Notes: generated by a model not told the origin, from the sequence alone. A DNA stretch of 64,000 nucleotides from Eledone cirrhosa (GCA_964016885.1 OZ024749.1:47678001-47742000); one strand, 5' to 3'. Numbered from the stretch's first letter, positions 14,561-28,920 are shown. Numbers and translations: made by a program.

Positions 14561-14845
14561 TCTCAACCACTAAGGCAACAACTGTTACTATGTATGAATA
14601 TGGTTTGAAACACTTCATACCAAATAGGAAAGACTGAGAGATCTAGATGCGGTGTATGTACATATATTCAGGGAACATTTGATCATCACCCTGTTTAAGA
14701 TACCAGATGGTCCTCCTAAGGGGACATAACTAATTGTATCAATGTCCAAAAAGTGATTGACAGCTATAGGAAATGAAACATCAATGCCATTGCTCCAGCA
14801 TGACATGAGCGCTTCGCCTGGGGCAAGTGAAAAGGGGAAAGCATA

Positions 14846-15031
<186 letters not shown>

Positions 15032-15327
15032 CTATTTCTTTGTTATGTTGTGTTTCAATTATGCATTAAGAATTGACAGGTGGTATAGCCAATTAATGGT
15101 GTATGTTTTACATACACCCAACCTTTCAACAACCCGCTTACACATATCTAAGTAGAAACCTTTTCAATCGGAACAATATAATATAGTGAACACTACGGAT
15201 TACTTGTTTTGGCACTGAATAGTGTCACTAATGGGTCGTAAATATCATTATAGCGACACTAATCTATCAATACTCTTTATAGAATATCCGTAAAACTGTC
15301 CGTGCTAAAGAATAAGTTGTTTCTTAC

Positions 15328-15384
<57 letters not shown>

Positions 15385-15425
15385 GTGTGTCTGTGTGTGT
15401 ATGCGTGCATGGATGTATGTATATG

Positions 15426-15496
<71 letters not shown>

Positions 15497-16049
15497 GGCA
15501 ACGTTCTGGAAGACATTATTATATATATATATTGATTGTAATAAACACTTTTTATATGACATTTATTTCTTATAGTATTTTGGATACGGGTCTAAATATA
15601 ATTTTAAGTTAATGTTGCAAGTGTTCAGCGGATATTATTCAGTTTAACTCATAGAAAAATGAAACAGATTTTTCCGAAAATAAGAGTTTGCACAATAATA
15701 ATTTCCCATCATGACAAATACTTCCGTTAAAGAATCAGAAAGATTTATGGAAATAGCCTACAAAGTATATAAGAACACTCTTTAAAAAAAACTTTGGAAT
15801 TTTAGTTGAGATTTGACTACTCAAGCATTCAAAGGCATTCATTTTTTTTCCTTTCTTGCAATTGGCACATTTTTGTATCTATGTTTATCTATATCTTTTG
15901 GCATATTTGTTTTGAAAATCGATGCCATGACATGCAGATCCACAAAATATATCTATATGCCCGCAAACATGCAGACACACACACACACACACATATTATA
16001 TATGTGTGACTGTTTGTGTCTGTGTTTGAGTGTGCGATGCGTGACTCTT

Positions 16050-16166
<117 letters not shown>

Positions 16167-16170
16167 GTAT

Positions 16171-16318
16171 AAAACGGAGAGTGTGGTAAGGAACGAGATA
16201 GAGCATAACGCACCAGAGTACTTGATATTTACTGTAGTAAAATTGGTAATAGGAAAAGATCGGATTTAGCTATCGAAACGACCGGTGCTCAGCCGAAGGG
16301 GTCCTCACTCGTTTCCAT
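16171..16318 (-). mobile_element. Diverged family A copy
   Basis: TGTGGTAAGGAAC..CATAACGCACCAGAGTACT..GGTAATAGGAA, then inverted TTAGCTATCGAAACG..GCTCAGCCGAAGGGGTCC; TA-flanked. Confidence 0.65.
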
Positions 16319-16442
16319 AATATATATATATATATAATAAAGTATATATCCCTACACGCACAAAGCGCTTAGGGATACATGTATTGTCCGTCCATATGCC
16401 AATGTAGTTCAATGGCAGGTTAATAAATTAACAAGCAAGAAC

Positions 16443-16739
16443 ATATATAATCAAGGGTTAGCAAATAAGAAAAAGTTTCAAAATATATTTGAAAAAATTA
16501 ACTTTACTCAATATGGTTACAATTTTGAATAGCGCCAGTTCGTAATTTGAACTCGGGAATTTTATATTCTCCGAGTGAAAAGATCCTTCTGACGAGAGTT
16601 TATCTTTGCAATGGGTGCCGTAGGACTGTCTATTTATTTTTGAGACTCGAAACTGATTCGGTAAAGGTAACCATAATGAGTAAAGTTAATTTTTTTTAAT
16701 TTATTTTGAAACTTTTTCTTATTTGCTAAACCTTGATTA

Positions 16740-16747
<8 letters not shown>
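16443..16747 (+). mobile_element. Hammerhead-bearing element with an inverted copy of its 3' tail at the 5' end
   Basis: 16443-16520 is an imperfect reverse complement of 16667-16745, with a hammerhead motif between them; ends in (TA)n. Confidence 0.75.
16585..16667 (+). ncRNA. Type I hammerhead ribozyme motif with long loop II
   Basis: CCTT-CTGACGA-GAGTTT..AGACTC-GAAA-CTGATTCGG-TA-AAGG: helix I CCTT/AAGG, G10.1-C11.1 pair, intact core, GUA triplet. Confidence 0.72.
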
Positions 16748-16807
<60 letters not shown>

Positions 16808-17645
16808 CATATATATATGAGTGAGAGAGAGTAGTAGAAATGAGAGATGATGAGTTTCTGCTTTTTTCCAAAGTCATGTACATGAGAAAAAGGTATTTTC
16901 CAGACGTAGCCATCTTTGTTTTCTGCTGAGAGCTTAGGGCATTTCGACTTCATTAATATAGTACATTTCATGCTGACAATACCACTTCACTTTCTTTGTA
17001 TCCGAATGAAATGGAATATATTGAGTTTGAAATTCCTTAGAGAGGTGATATTACAGAAGATTTCGACAACAGTGCGGAGATGTTTGTGTGTTGGTTCTAT
17101 AGCCCTAACAAAGAAATATAATTCAGCAACAAATGATGTCCGGAATCCAGCTTGAACTAACTTTGTTTCATTTTGTTTTAACTTGATTATTTTTTTTAAC
17201 CTATCCTTCATCTTTTCCCTTTCATATATTTGAAATATTTATGCCCAAGATATTTGCTTGAAAGTAGGAAGAATCAAATACAGTAGCATACCATATATCT
17301 TAAGATTTCGTGAAAGTATTCAATATAGACACATGGCATGTGTAGATAGTTGATACATATATAGAGAACCTACACTAATACGTACAGAGGAGAAACGAGA
17401 TTAAATAGAAAGTAGATAGAAACAGATATATATATGAAATAATTTTGCAAAATAACTCCAACACTTTAAATATACACCGCACAAAATTGACAGGGAGATT
17501 AGGAAAGGTAATGTTTATGAAAAAATATATATTCATATGCTTGTCACTTTTTTATGAAGCATTCTATCCTGCAAATATGATGTACATTCCAGAGTCTTTC
17601 TCTCTCTATCTCTCTCCCCCATCTCCTCTTTCTCTCTCTCTCACT

Positions 17646-17691
<46 letters not shown>

Positions 17692-17965
17692 GATTGTTAA
17701 AAGATTGTGTAATGTGCATCCACTGCGAAAGGCAAGTCACAATTGAACTCATTTGATGAGTCTATATCTGTGAAATTATGATTGGGTGAGCATCTGCAAT
17801 TTCAGTCGTTAGAAATAAAGCTTCGTAAGTTCACTAATTGCAGATTTGCATGAGTAGTACGTTTAAATCTTGACACATTGAATGAGTAATGAGAACAACA
17901 GTGTAGTAGTGAATACTTTTTTCTTATAGCTCTGGTTCAAATATATATATATATATATATATATA

Positions 17966-18022
<57 letters not shown>

Positions 18023-18267
18023 GTATAAATATATATATATGTGTGTGTGTGTGTGTGTATGTAAGTGTGTTTGTGTACGTTCAACTAATAAAACGCAATC
18101 TATTTAAAGCGATCTACGTACTCAGTGTAAACATATTCACTAATATATTTACATTTCTTCATATTAATCCACTGAGCATACACACATACACGCATTATCT
18201 TGCCATACGTTCTCTCCTATTCTCATCTAAAACATATTTCAGAAACCATTGATCACAAGGAACTCAC

Positions 18268-18360
18268 CTTTTGCCCTTTGCCTTTGGCATTTAGTATTCA
18301 TTGCTGTATTAAAGCTATACCTGACAAAGCCACTTGAGTACCAGTTCAGTTGGTTTTTCT
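18268..18360 (-). CDS. Candidate exon containing a start codon (MPKAKGK..); gene unidentified
   Basis: Minus strand: TTCCATTACGTTCAG acceptor, 93-nt exon, strong AAG|GTGAGT donor. ATG at 18290 gives MPKAKGK; an alternative ATG at 18301 gives MNTKCQRQRAK. No downstream exon was found. Confidence 0.25.
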
Positions 18361-18667
18361 CTGAACGTAATGGAATATATTAAATTTGGAAATCCTAAGA
18401 GGGATGATATTTTGGTAATGTGATACATAGGCGGTCATCTTTGTGTGTGTTGAATGCATAATACTACGTTGTTTATCCTACCTCTTTCCTTCATTTTAAT
18501 GTTTTGCTGTCGACTTTTATTTAGGGTTTCTCGTTATTTCGTGTTTCTCGTTGTTTTCGTTGTTGTTGCTTGGTCTTTCATCATATGCAAAGAATACGTA
18601 TTCCTCGGATGGTGTCTGCTTGAAACACCCTCCGCTGTAAAAGAACACAAGCACAATACGTGTGTTT

Positions 18668-18698
18668 CTGATTCCCTATCGGGGTGCACTATTTATAG
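18668..18698 (-). promoter_or_regulatory. Candidate TATA box (also fits the MEF2 consensus) plus Inr-like TCAG
   Basis: CTATAAATAG at 18698-18689 (-), with TCAG about 28 nt downstream, roughly 310 bp upstream of the candidate exon. Confidence 0.25.
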
Positions 18699-19850
18699 AA
18701 AGGCAAATAGTTGCATAGTATCTGTGTAAAATATAAAGAATATGCTAATGTGTGTGAGAGAAAAAATATTACTTATATTCAGAGAATAAAACTAATGTCT
18801 TAGAAATGATTGCAAAAATAATAATACCATGTATAGTGAGTGTCATGGTGAAAGACTAACCGGTGAGAAAGAGCCATAAATTAACTAAGTGTTGAATCAA
18901 AAACCGCAGGAGGTAATTGGACTTGCATTAAAACGGCTCTTATGTAAATGGATTCACATATATTCTTACAAAAACAGCCACAATCGCACACAAATGCACA
19001 CCCTCACACATATATACTTACACGCACATACAAACAATCACAAACACATATATACATACATATATGAATATACACACATAGAAAAACATGTTTCACTGTC
19101 TTAACTTTCTTTATAGAAAATAAGTGGGTGAGGATGTGGGCTAAAATATATTTTCTTCTCTAGGTTTCAACTGATCTTAATCACACGAGACACACAAAAC
19201 CATGATTCCCTCGAAAAATATTTCTGGTAGGTGAAATATATGTTACACACATTTTCTTAAATCTTGAGATGTTCGTTACTTAATTCATTATATCATCCGG
19301 TTGAAGTAAATGTGGATGAACAGGTACATAATTCAACGATATTCAAAGGTTCAATTAAATAGTAAACACTACTTGATCCCTGACCGTAATTGGCATTATT
19401 CCGTTTCTCCGCGCAGGTATAACTAATATAAGCTTTAAATCGTTTCAATCAAACAAACGTATCCAGCAAAGATAGCAATGGGATAATGCCAATATATTTA
19501 ATTAAAATTGGGATCAACTATCAAATATTGCCAAAGTTTAATTTAAATATCCTTCGCAATAATTTCCTGTAATGATTTACTAACCTCGTGAGGTATGCTC
19601 AGGTAAACACAATGACGTCCGAGATTATTGAAATGAATGCAATTTCTAAATGTACTAAATATCAATTTCTGATAATGCTAACATACATTTTAAAAATAAA
19701 CAACAATAGGAAATTGTAATTAAGATGAGTCCCCACAACGGCAATTTTTTTATAGATACATGTATAAAAATGGATGTATATTTATATATATAACTATTTA
19801 GTCACTATAAGATTGAGTGAATTTTTTGATATTCAAACATAGACACACAT

Positions 19851-20020
<170 letters not shown>

Positions 20021-21540
20021 GCACATTAAGGTTATGATGTGCGTGTATATATTTATGATGTTTATTCGTGGTGTGACTGTGGGTGAGGGGCATATGTCTG
20101 CGGGAACAGCTGTGCGATCTAATGGATGCTGACTATTTTCAAACGTAGATGGAACATGTTATGCAGTTTAAGGGCAAACCCATCAGTTTTAAAAGTACAC
20201 CTGGTCAATGTTATCGTGTGAAAGAATGAACCATATGCATATATTTTTAGCTTGTAACTGAAAGCTATCTGTAATTTCTACCTTTAGATGTCACTTTGGG
20301 AAAAGTGAAATGTAATAAAAATAGAAACGGGAATAGAAGTAATAGACACATAACTATTGATGCATGAGTATTCCCTTTTCAAACATTCTCAACTAGTTAA
20401 AGTTTATTCGGATTTGTTGTCGAGCCAGAGTGAGTATATACAAGCATATTCATCGTGTAATGACATAGAAACAGATACGCACACTAGTATATATTGATGG
20501 ATGTACACACTCACATACACCTATATATATATATATAATATGTGTGTGTATGTGTGTGTATGGGGGGGGGGTGTATGTGTGTGTGCGAGAGAGAGAGAGA
20601 AAGAGAAAGAGATAGAGAGGAAAACAAAAATAAAGATGAAGTCTATACATTCACACTGAAATATTGTGGTAATTCCTATATCGATATCGAGAGTATGAAG
20701 GAGAGAGTTGTTTATAACTTCATAGTATAATCTACCAGTCCAGTCTATCAACACTTAACATTATTTAATAATTTAATATACTCCTCATATTCAAAGTATT
20801 TTAGAGGAACTATATTTTACAATGAAGTATACTGATTCCGTTCGATCGACACGTAGTGTTATTGGTTGCGAATTCAATTCACAGGTTCCAGCAAAGTATT
20901 CTATAAGTACTTGTGCAAAACTTACACGTGTTAAAGTAGTAGCATATCTATACGATTATTTGTCAATGTTTTTTCTTCAATGAATTTATTTTGAGGCAAA
21001 GAAATTATGCAATCCTAGCGGAAACGAAGATGTCACGAGTGATTTTAACTTGAGCTTACAATATTCTACCGCTATAAGCAATTTTCGTTCGTGTGCTAAC
21101 ATATCCTGCTTTAAGAATAATAGAAAAAAATAAGCTCCATTTCTTTTTCAATATTATATGATTCAATAATATTGACATAACACATTTAGGCTTGTCTGAT
21201 TTAGATACTCATGAATTCCTTATATAGAAATATATATATAGGTGTTTATGTGTAAATGTGTGTGGGTATGTGTGTGTGTGTGTGTGTGTAAATATATATA
21301 TGTATATATATGTGTGCGTGTGTATGTATGATTGGTGACTAATAAGTTCATTGCATTACGATCGTTTCATATGGGTGGTTGGTCACGAACAAAGTATATA
21401 AATCATTATTGATAGTTTGTATATATATATATAAGTATATATATATATACATATATGGAGAAGGTGAGTAATATTAATGAACAATAAAATTATGCATATA
21501 TCAGATAAGTAGCACTCAACAATTGGTAGAACTGGAGTAT

Positions 21541-21752
21541 ATATAATAAAGAAGAAATTAAAAGGATGTTAAATGAGTTCCATATATTTTTTTTGCGCAT
21601 TTCGAATATAACATCATCCCTGGACAAACATTGTGTTCTCAACAGATCTGATGAGAACACAATTTTTGTCACAGGATGATTTTGTATTCGAAATTAGCAA
21701 AATAAAATATATGGAACTCTTTCAACCATCTTTTAATTTCTTCTTTATATTA
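21541..21752. mobile_element. Head-to-head inverted pair of hammerhead motifs (family C-related)
   Basis: Right arm CTGATGA(21648)-GAACACAA..TTGTATTC-GAAA-TTAGCAAA-ATAAAA-TATATGGAACT. Left arm reverse complement CTGTTGA-GAACACAA..TATATTC-GAAA-TGCGCA. Junction CAGATCTG. Confidence 0.75.
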
Positions 21753-21961
21753 TATATACATATATATATATATAGTTTCGTTCACAAATACATCAAAATG
21801 GCCAGACACGCAAATATATTGCCCTTGGTATGACAGTGCGGTTTTAGCTCAATGTAGGAGAACTAGTATACTACAGGGCCGTTATAGTTATAGGAATAAC
21901 CAAATAGTGCTTAGAGATACATTGTTTTATTAGCTAACTATATGCACTATCAAGTTATAAA

Positions 21962-23030
21962 TTAGGTGTTGAGTTTTAGTCTATTATTGATTGGTGGTTG
22001 TGTTTTGTCTATAATTAGTGCTTCCTTAATTCTAAGATTGCCGAGGTTTCTTTCCTTAGTTTCTGTCATAACTGTTATGGTTTTGTCGGTGTTTTTGCAT
22101 TTAACTAGGTGTTTCTTAAATGAGGAAGCGTTAGTATTGAGGTGTTCTTTTATTCTTATGTGGAGTGGTCTGGTGGTGCTATCTACGTAGAAGTTGCTGC
22201 ATTTGTCACATTCTAGTCGGTATACGACGTAAGCCTCGTGGCATAGGTCTGTGTCGTTGATGGGGCAGTTGGCTAGCCTACACAAGTTCTCATGCCTGGT
22301 GGAGTGTCTTTTGGTTAGCTGTCCGCATAGAGAAGGACCTGAGTGGGCCAGTTGGATATCTAGTCCCTCTCGTCTGATAGCTCTGCAGATGGCTGTTCTT
22401 CTTTCGTCACTGAAGTGTGGGAGCTTCAGGAAGCAAGTGTTTGGGCCTCGGGTGTGGTGTCCTCTGTTCTTTCTGGCACGGTTTGTGGTGGATGTCGTGT
22501 ATCCGTACAGTTTGAGTAATTCTAGGTAATGTGTCGTGTGTGTGTCTCGGAATCTAGCGTCTGTACATTTGTTCCGGATACGTGTTAGTTCGTTCCTTAT
22601 GTATCCGAACTTAGCGCCGGCTGGGAGGGCCGATCTGAAATGTACGAACAGGTCCCTGCTGGCGGCTTTTTTATAGAAGCAGGTGTGGATGTTGACTTCC
22701 TCTGTTACACTGAGCTGGAAGTCCAGTAGGGATAGGGATGCTGAACTTTATACTGGCGTCCATGATGGATAATGTGGTGTATATTGTATCTGCATCCTCA
22801 CGGGATGATGTAAGGATGAGTATGTCATCTACACATCGGGTGAAGAAGGTATGGGAATGGCAGGTGTTGAGGGCTCGGCATTCTAGCTGGTTCATATACG
22901 TGATAGCGAGCATGCCCGATAGGCTAGATCCCATGGGTAAACCTGTTGTATGTCTGTATGTGTGGTGGTGGAAGGTGAAGTACGTGTTGTCTACTGTGAA
23001 GAACAAAAGCTGGTGTATGTCTGTCGGATG
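21962..23030 (-). mobile_element. Penelope-like retroelement, 5'-truncated and frameshifted (RT C-half + GIY-YIG endonuclease)
   Basis: NTYFTF..GLPMGSSLSGMLAITYMN..RCVDDILI; thumb LSLLDF..FYKKAASRDLFVHFRSALP..IRNE; linker CRLANCPINDTDLC; GIY-YIG-like VVYRLECDKCSNFYVDSTTRPLHIRIKEH..IKEALIIDKTQPPINNR*. Confidence 0.92.
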
Positions 23031-23127
23031 GAGGCGTATCTATTTAGTTTATAACTTCCTCCTATATATATATATATATATATCATATATCATGTATCAT
23101 TATCTATAAAAGGAAGATCGTTGTTGC

Positions 23128-23189
<62 letters not shown>

Positions 23190-23280
23190 TATATATATAC
23201 ATATATATACATATATATATATATATACATATGTATATACATATATATATATATACATATATATGCATACACATATATAT

Positions 23281-23323
<43 letters not shown>

Positions 23324-23368
23324 TATATATATACGCATATATATACATATATATATATATACATATAA

Positions 23369-23448
<80 letters not shown>

Positions 23449-23454
<6 letters not shown>

Positions 23455-23672
23455 TAAAACATGTCTATAGAATCGCCAGAAATATTCGATAAATAATCCG
23501 TCGTAACCGCCGCGAAGGGGCTGCTTTCGTTTATTTGTCGGAGATTTCTTCATAGGAGCCTTTATTCTTATAGCTTCGTCTAATTGATTTTTTATTTGGT
23601 TAATTATACTAATTGGGAGAGGAAACGGTATATATTTTATCTAGCGATTCTATAGACATGTTTTATGATATA
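23449..23672. mobile_element. Short element with ~33 bp inverted termini next to (TA)n (MITE-like or fold-back)
   Basis: ATATCATAAAACATGTCTATAGAATCGCCAGA / TCTAGCGATTCTATAGACATGTTTTATGATAT. Confidence 0.7.
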
Positions 23673-23769
23673 TAGCTCTGATTATTTAATTCATTAATTC
23701 TTCATTGAGCCACAAAGTGACCCGTTGCAAAACACATATGTATTTATGACTTTATATATATATGTAAAG

Positions 23770-23839
<70 letters not shown>

Positions 23840-23858
23840 CATATATACATACATATAT

Positions 23859-23922
<64 letters not shown>

Positions 23923-24239
23923 GTATATATGCAGGGCCGAATGAATAACATTGTTTTTATATGAATCTGTATCTCGTGTTGCACAAATTCAAACAATTGC
24001 AGAGAATGCGGTTCAAGAAATCTGTTTAAAAACATATACTCTTCTATGGAATTCCAATCCGTCATTAATAGTATGATATATATCAACAAATAAAATATTA
24101 TGTCATCAATATATATATATACTTTCGAAACGACTAACTGTTTTCTTCAATTATGTCAGTGTAACTCACACACACGAACACGCACGCATACACAGACACA
24201 CACACACGTACACAAACGCAGACACACACCGAAACACAA

Positions 24240-24328
<89 letters not shown>

Positions 24329-24349
24329 AGTGTAAATACAGAATGCTCA

Positions 24350-24595
24350 TTTGGCCGGTGCTTATCTCGGTTTCAAGCCGTGAAACCATTAATAGTACGA
24401 GACACCCACCCTGACAGGACACCAGTTGAATGAAGGATTCAACTCCCAAATATTGCTGGTACACATTTTCATATCAATATACTGGAGCAACGTGAAATGA
24501 ACTGTTTTGCTCAAGAACACAACACGCCATCCGGGAATCGATCTCACGATACTATGATTGTAAGTCCAACTGAATTATGCCACGTTCATCCACAT
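24350..24595 (-). mobile_element. SINE family S2 copy
   Basis: CTGGAGCAACGTGAAATGAACTGTTTTGCTCAAGAACACAAC; its reverse complement matches the GAGCAGGACATTTTATTTCACACTGCTCC core at ~40899. Confidence 0.6.
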
Positions 24596-24834
24596 ATATC
24601 CTTAAACACACAAACACACATACACATACATATATATATAGTAGTACTATAGACATATGTCTGCATGCATAGATAGTATATTATTAAAATTGATCTGGCA
24701 ATTAAAAAGTCTATTCCTGACAGAAAGTATTCTGTCTACAGATCACTATTGTTTATTTGAATTTAATTCGTACAACATAGATAAAGATGTTTAATGGAGC
24801 ACACATATCATTATTATCAGAAATATATAAATAT

Positions 24835-24963
<129 letters not shown>

Positions 24964-24974
24964 CATATATATAC

Positions 24975-25162
<188 letters not shown>

Positions 25163-25208
25163 AGAGAGAGAGAGACATACACATTCAGTTACACAGGATT
25201 GTTGTAGC

Positions 25209-25252
<44 letters not shown>

Positions 25253-25254
<2 letters not shown>

Positions 25255-25464
25255 CAACGAGTAGTACCCCGACGGCTGAGCTCAAGCCGTTTCGACGGCT
25301 AGTTCTGGACTAAAAAAAATATTTTAGTCCAGAATTAGCCGTCGAAACGTCTTGAGCTCAGCCGTTGCGGTCCTACTCGTTCCTATTACCCACTCTACTA
25401 CCCTAAGTATTGAATCCTTTGGTGCGTTATGGTCCATCTGGTTCCTTACCACATTTACTTCGTT
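25253..25464 (+). mobile_element. Family A copy
   Basis: Same arms and tail as 31-226; hairpin loop GGACTAAAAAAAATATTTTAGTCC. Confidence 0.85.
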
Positions 25465-26253
25465 ATATATATATATATATTTATATATATAATTGCTACA
25501 CCAATCCTGTCTAACTGAATTTGTATGTTTCTCTTGCTGTCTGTTCTTCTGACGTACATTTATTATCGGTTTCAATTGTTTTCAATTGTATTTTCTGATT
25601 CATTTAATTCTATATACTTATATTTATTTCTATTTATCTTTCATATTCTTATTCGCTCTCTCGTTTTTACCTTTTAACAAGCCCAGCCATATCCACCCAC
25701 TCTTGTCAATGTACTTCTGTTAAATCCCTTCATTCTATTTACTTTTGTATTTACTTGCTTTTCGTTAAAAATAATAATCAAATATATCGTTCAAAATCAT
25801 CCCTTTATATTTACATGATTACATAGGTACATACATATATACTTATATAAACATACATAAGCACGTACGAATAAATAAACACACAGAAGTACGTACAAAC
25901 GTGCACATATACAGATCGGCATGCACACATCTATATACAGATAGATAGGTTTGGCTGTATATGCTCTGTGTTCAAGCATGTGTTATTGGGCTCATTATTG
26001 GCTAAAATGTATCACACATATATATATATATATATATATCTACATATCTATGACTATGGGGGTGTGTACTAGCGTGTGTTTGTGTGTAGGTCTTTCGGAC
26101 GGGTGTGCAAGTATGTTTATTGGTGTTATCGAACATATGTATCGTTATGTTCTCTAAATAGCGCACCAACACAACCAATTCCATAAAATAAGCTTTACGA
26201 AAAAATACTTGCTTCGACATGCTCATTGAAATAAGTGTGGTCTGGTATGCCTG

Positions 26254-26445
26254 GTGGATTGGCAGTATCGGTAGAGGGTCGGAACGCTATGCTTTGAAGC
26301 ATAGAGTTACTTCCCTTTATGATTTAAGTTCAAATCCCGCCGAGGTGAACTTTGCCTTTCATACTTACGGGGGTCGATAAAATAAAGTACCAGTAATGCA
26401 CTGGTATAATTTCTGGCGTTGTGCCAAAAGTAGAAACAATTATTA
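26254..26445 (+). mobile_element. SINE S1 copy
   Basis: GGATTGGCAGTATCGG..AAGTTCAAATCCCGCCGAGG..AAGTAGAAACAATTATTA. Confidence 0.85.
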
Positions 26446-28098
26446 CATATGTAACTAGAAATATAATAAAAAATATGTACATCGCTATATACTTAGTTAC
26501 ATATGCGTATTTTTTTGCGTGAGAGTAGCATGACGGGTTATAGTAATATAATATGTAAAAAGATAGCAGTGTGTCTTTAGTAGATTTAGATTGAAATGAA
26601 TGTCAATATTTTAAAACAACTTTACAAAATAGCATATGGCCGTTGCTTCGATGGCTGTTCGTCTGAATGTCTTGCTTGTAGTGTTGCTATAGGCAACACA
26701 TAATTTTATACAAAGATATTTATCTAGTGAAATACATATGATTATTAACTAATGGAGTTACCATTATTGAAAGCACTGAAATAAATATGTCATATATTTA
26801 TGCTATGATAAATGGAGACATATAAAATATATGATAGTTGCTATAGTGAATAAAGTGAAAAACACACTCATTGAATTTGAGAATCTAATATTATACATAT
26901 ATGTTATTATAGTTCAAATAGAGTTCAATAAGCGATAGAATATCAACATTTACTTGTGATAAAATGTTGCATTTATAAAGCATAGTTAACGTAAACGTGT
27001 AATTGATTCCGTGATCGAATTTATTTCGGCGTAAAAAATATTTTTTTCAGAATATTGTGAATGGCTTGGTAGCAGGCGTGTGTAGGGTTTCTGACTTGTC
27101 GCATAAAGGAATGTAGATATTAAACATAAAAAAAACGATAATATTTTATGTAGCTACTAATTATGAACTGGGACATATAATCACAGTGAAATATGGGTGA
27201 AACTTTTAAATAACAGTTTGAACATTATTTTACATTTATTGGATTTGTAACCGTAATACAACTAGACTTTCAAGGTCATCAAGTAAAATATATCGTGCAT
27301 CTACAAGAGCTTCTAAATGATAAAAGAATCTGGTAAACGAAACTTGGTCCGAATTTTTGAAGCAGAAATACTTTAATTCATCGAATAATTATATACCAGT
27401 TTTCTGCATAGGGATGGGTAATTTCTTTGCCCGATCGCCTTACAAATTACTGGACATATGTGTGTGTCCAGCTGGAGGAAATATTTAGGATATAATTTAG
27501 AACTGCGCACACAACAATAGACTTTGCTGGCATGTGCTTCTTGTTTTTTTTTTCTTTCTTAGAATATATATTAATATCATTCGTTCTATGACAGACGAAT
27601 GATACATTTCTTGAACGCACCAGAACCTCTGAAGACATAAAATCGTATAGAGAATATATCTATATTTTCGAAATGGAGCTTCTCGAGCGTGTGTATTAAG
27701 TCGATGAGTTGATCGGTGGCTATACTTCAATAATTACTGAAATCGATACAGCCATTATAACAGCCGGTCCCGTATTGTACAAATACACATGTTTCTTTTT
27801 TTCTTTTACTATACCTGTTTATATTTCTTTTACAGTAATCTCATATTAATCACAATGGAAACCGAATGTCCAAAAAATACTAATGAACGTGTAAGAAAAG
27901 AAAACAAAAACAATATTTCCATCAATTCATTAATTATAAATAAATAGCTATAAATGTAATAATGGAAGAATAAGAGATAATACAATATACGAAAGCTAAT
28001 GGATGCCAAAAATATTAACACACGCACATAAGTAAACACAAAACATAAAGGAACATACAAAACTCGTATCTATGTAGAAACGTATATACATATACGCG

Positions 28099-28158
<60 letters not shown>

Positions 28159-28250
28159 TATACGCATATATATATATACATATATATATATACATATATA
28201 TATGTGTAGGTGTGTGTGTGTATGTGGGTGTGTATATATATGTATATAAG

Positions 28251-28284
<34 letters not shown>

Positions 28285-28313
28285 GACACACACACATAAA
28301 TATAGATATATAT

Positions 28314-28428
<115 letters not shown>

Positions 28429-28781
28429 AGTATAAGAGTAATAGCATTTAATATCTATAATTATACTCTTCGTAATAAAATCGGCTCTTTAGTAATATCA
28501 ATAATGTTGAATCAATTCCTTAGGAAGTGTAACTATTATAAAACTCGAACCAATATATTAAATGTCTCACTTTTTTTTTTTTTGGGGGGGGGGGGGGAGT
28601 ATTAAAATAATCTTTGGAAGAATGGTGTGTGTTTTCTTAGTATGGTTCATTCAATGTATTCGTTTCTTTTATTCATACATTATATTTATTAATTATAACC
28701 TTCTCATAATTATTCTTACCTCTACTGATATTGTTATTTGAATATTTTCATTTGTAGAATTACACGCATACTGTATGTATA

Positions 28782-28829
<48 letters not shown>

Positions 28830-28884
28830 CATGCAAAAATGAATATATATAAGCATGCAAAAATGAATGATAGATTGTGTATTG

Positions 28885-28920
<36 letters not shown>

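Noticed and set aside
21860-21885. Possible hammerhead in the Penelope 3' segment (CTGTAGT..AAAAC on the minus strand)
   Set aside because: Too many core mismatches and no pairing helices.
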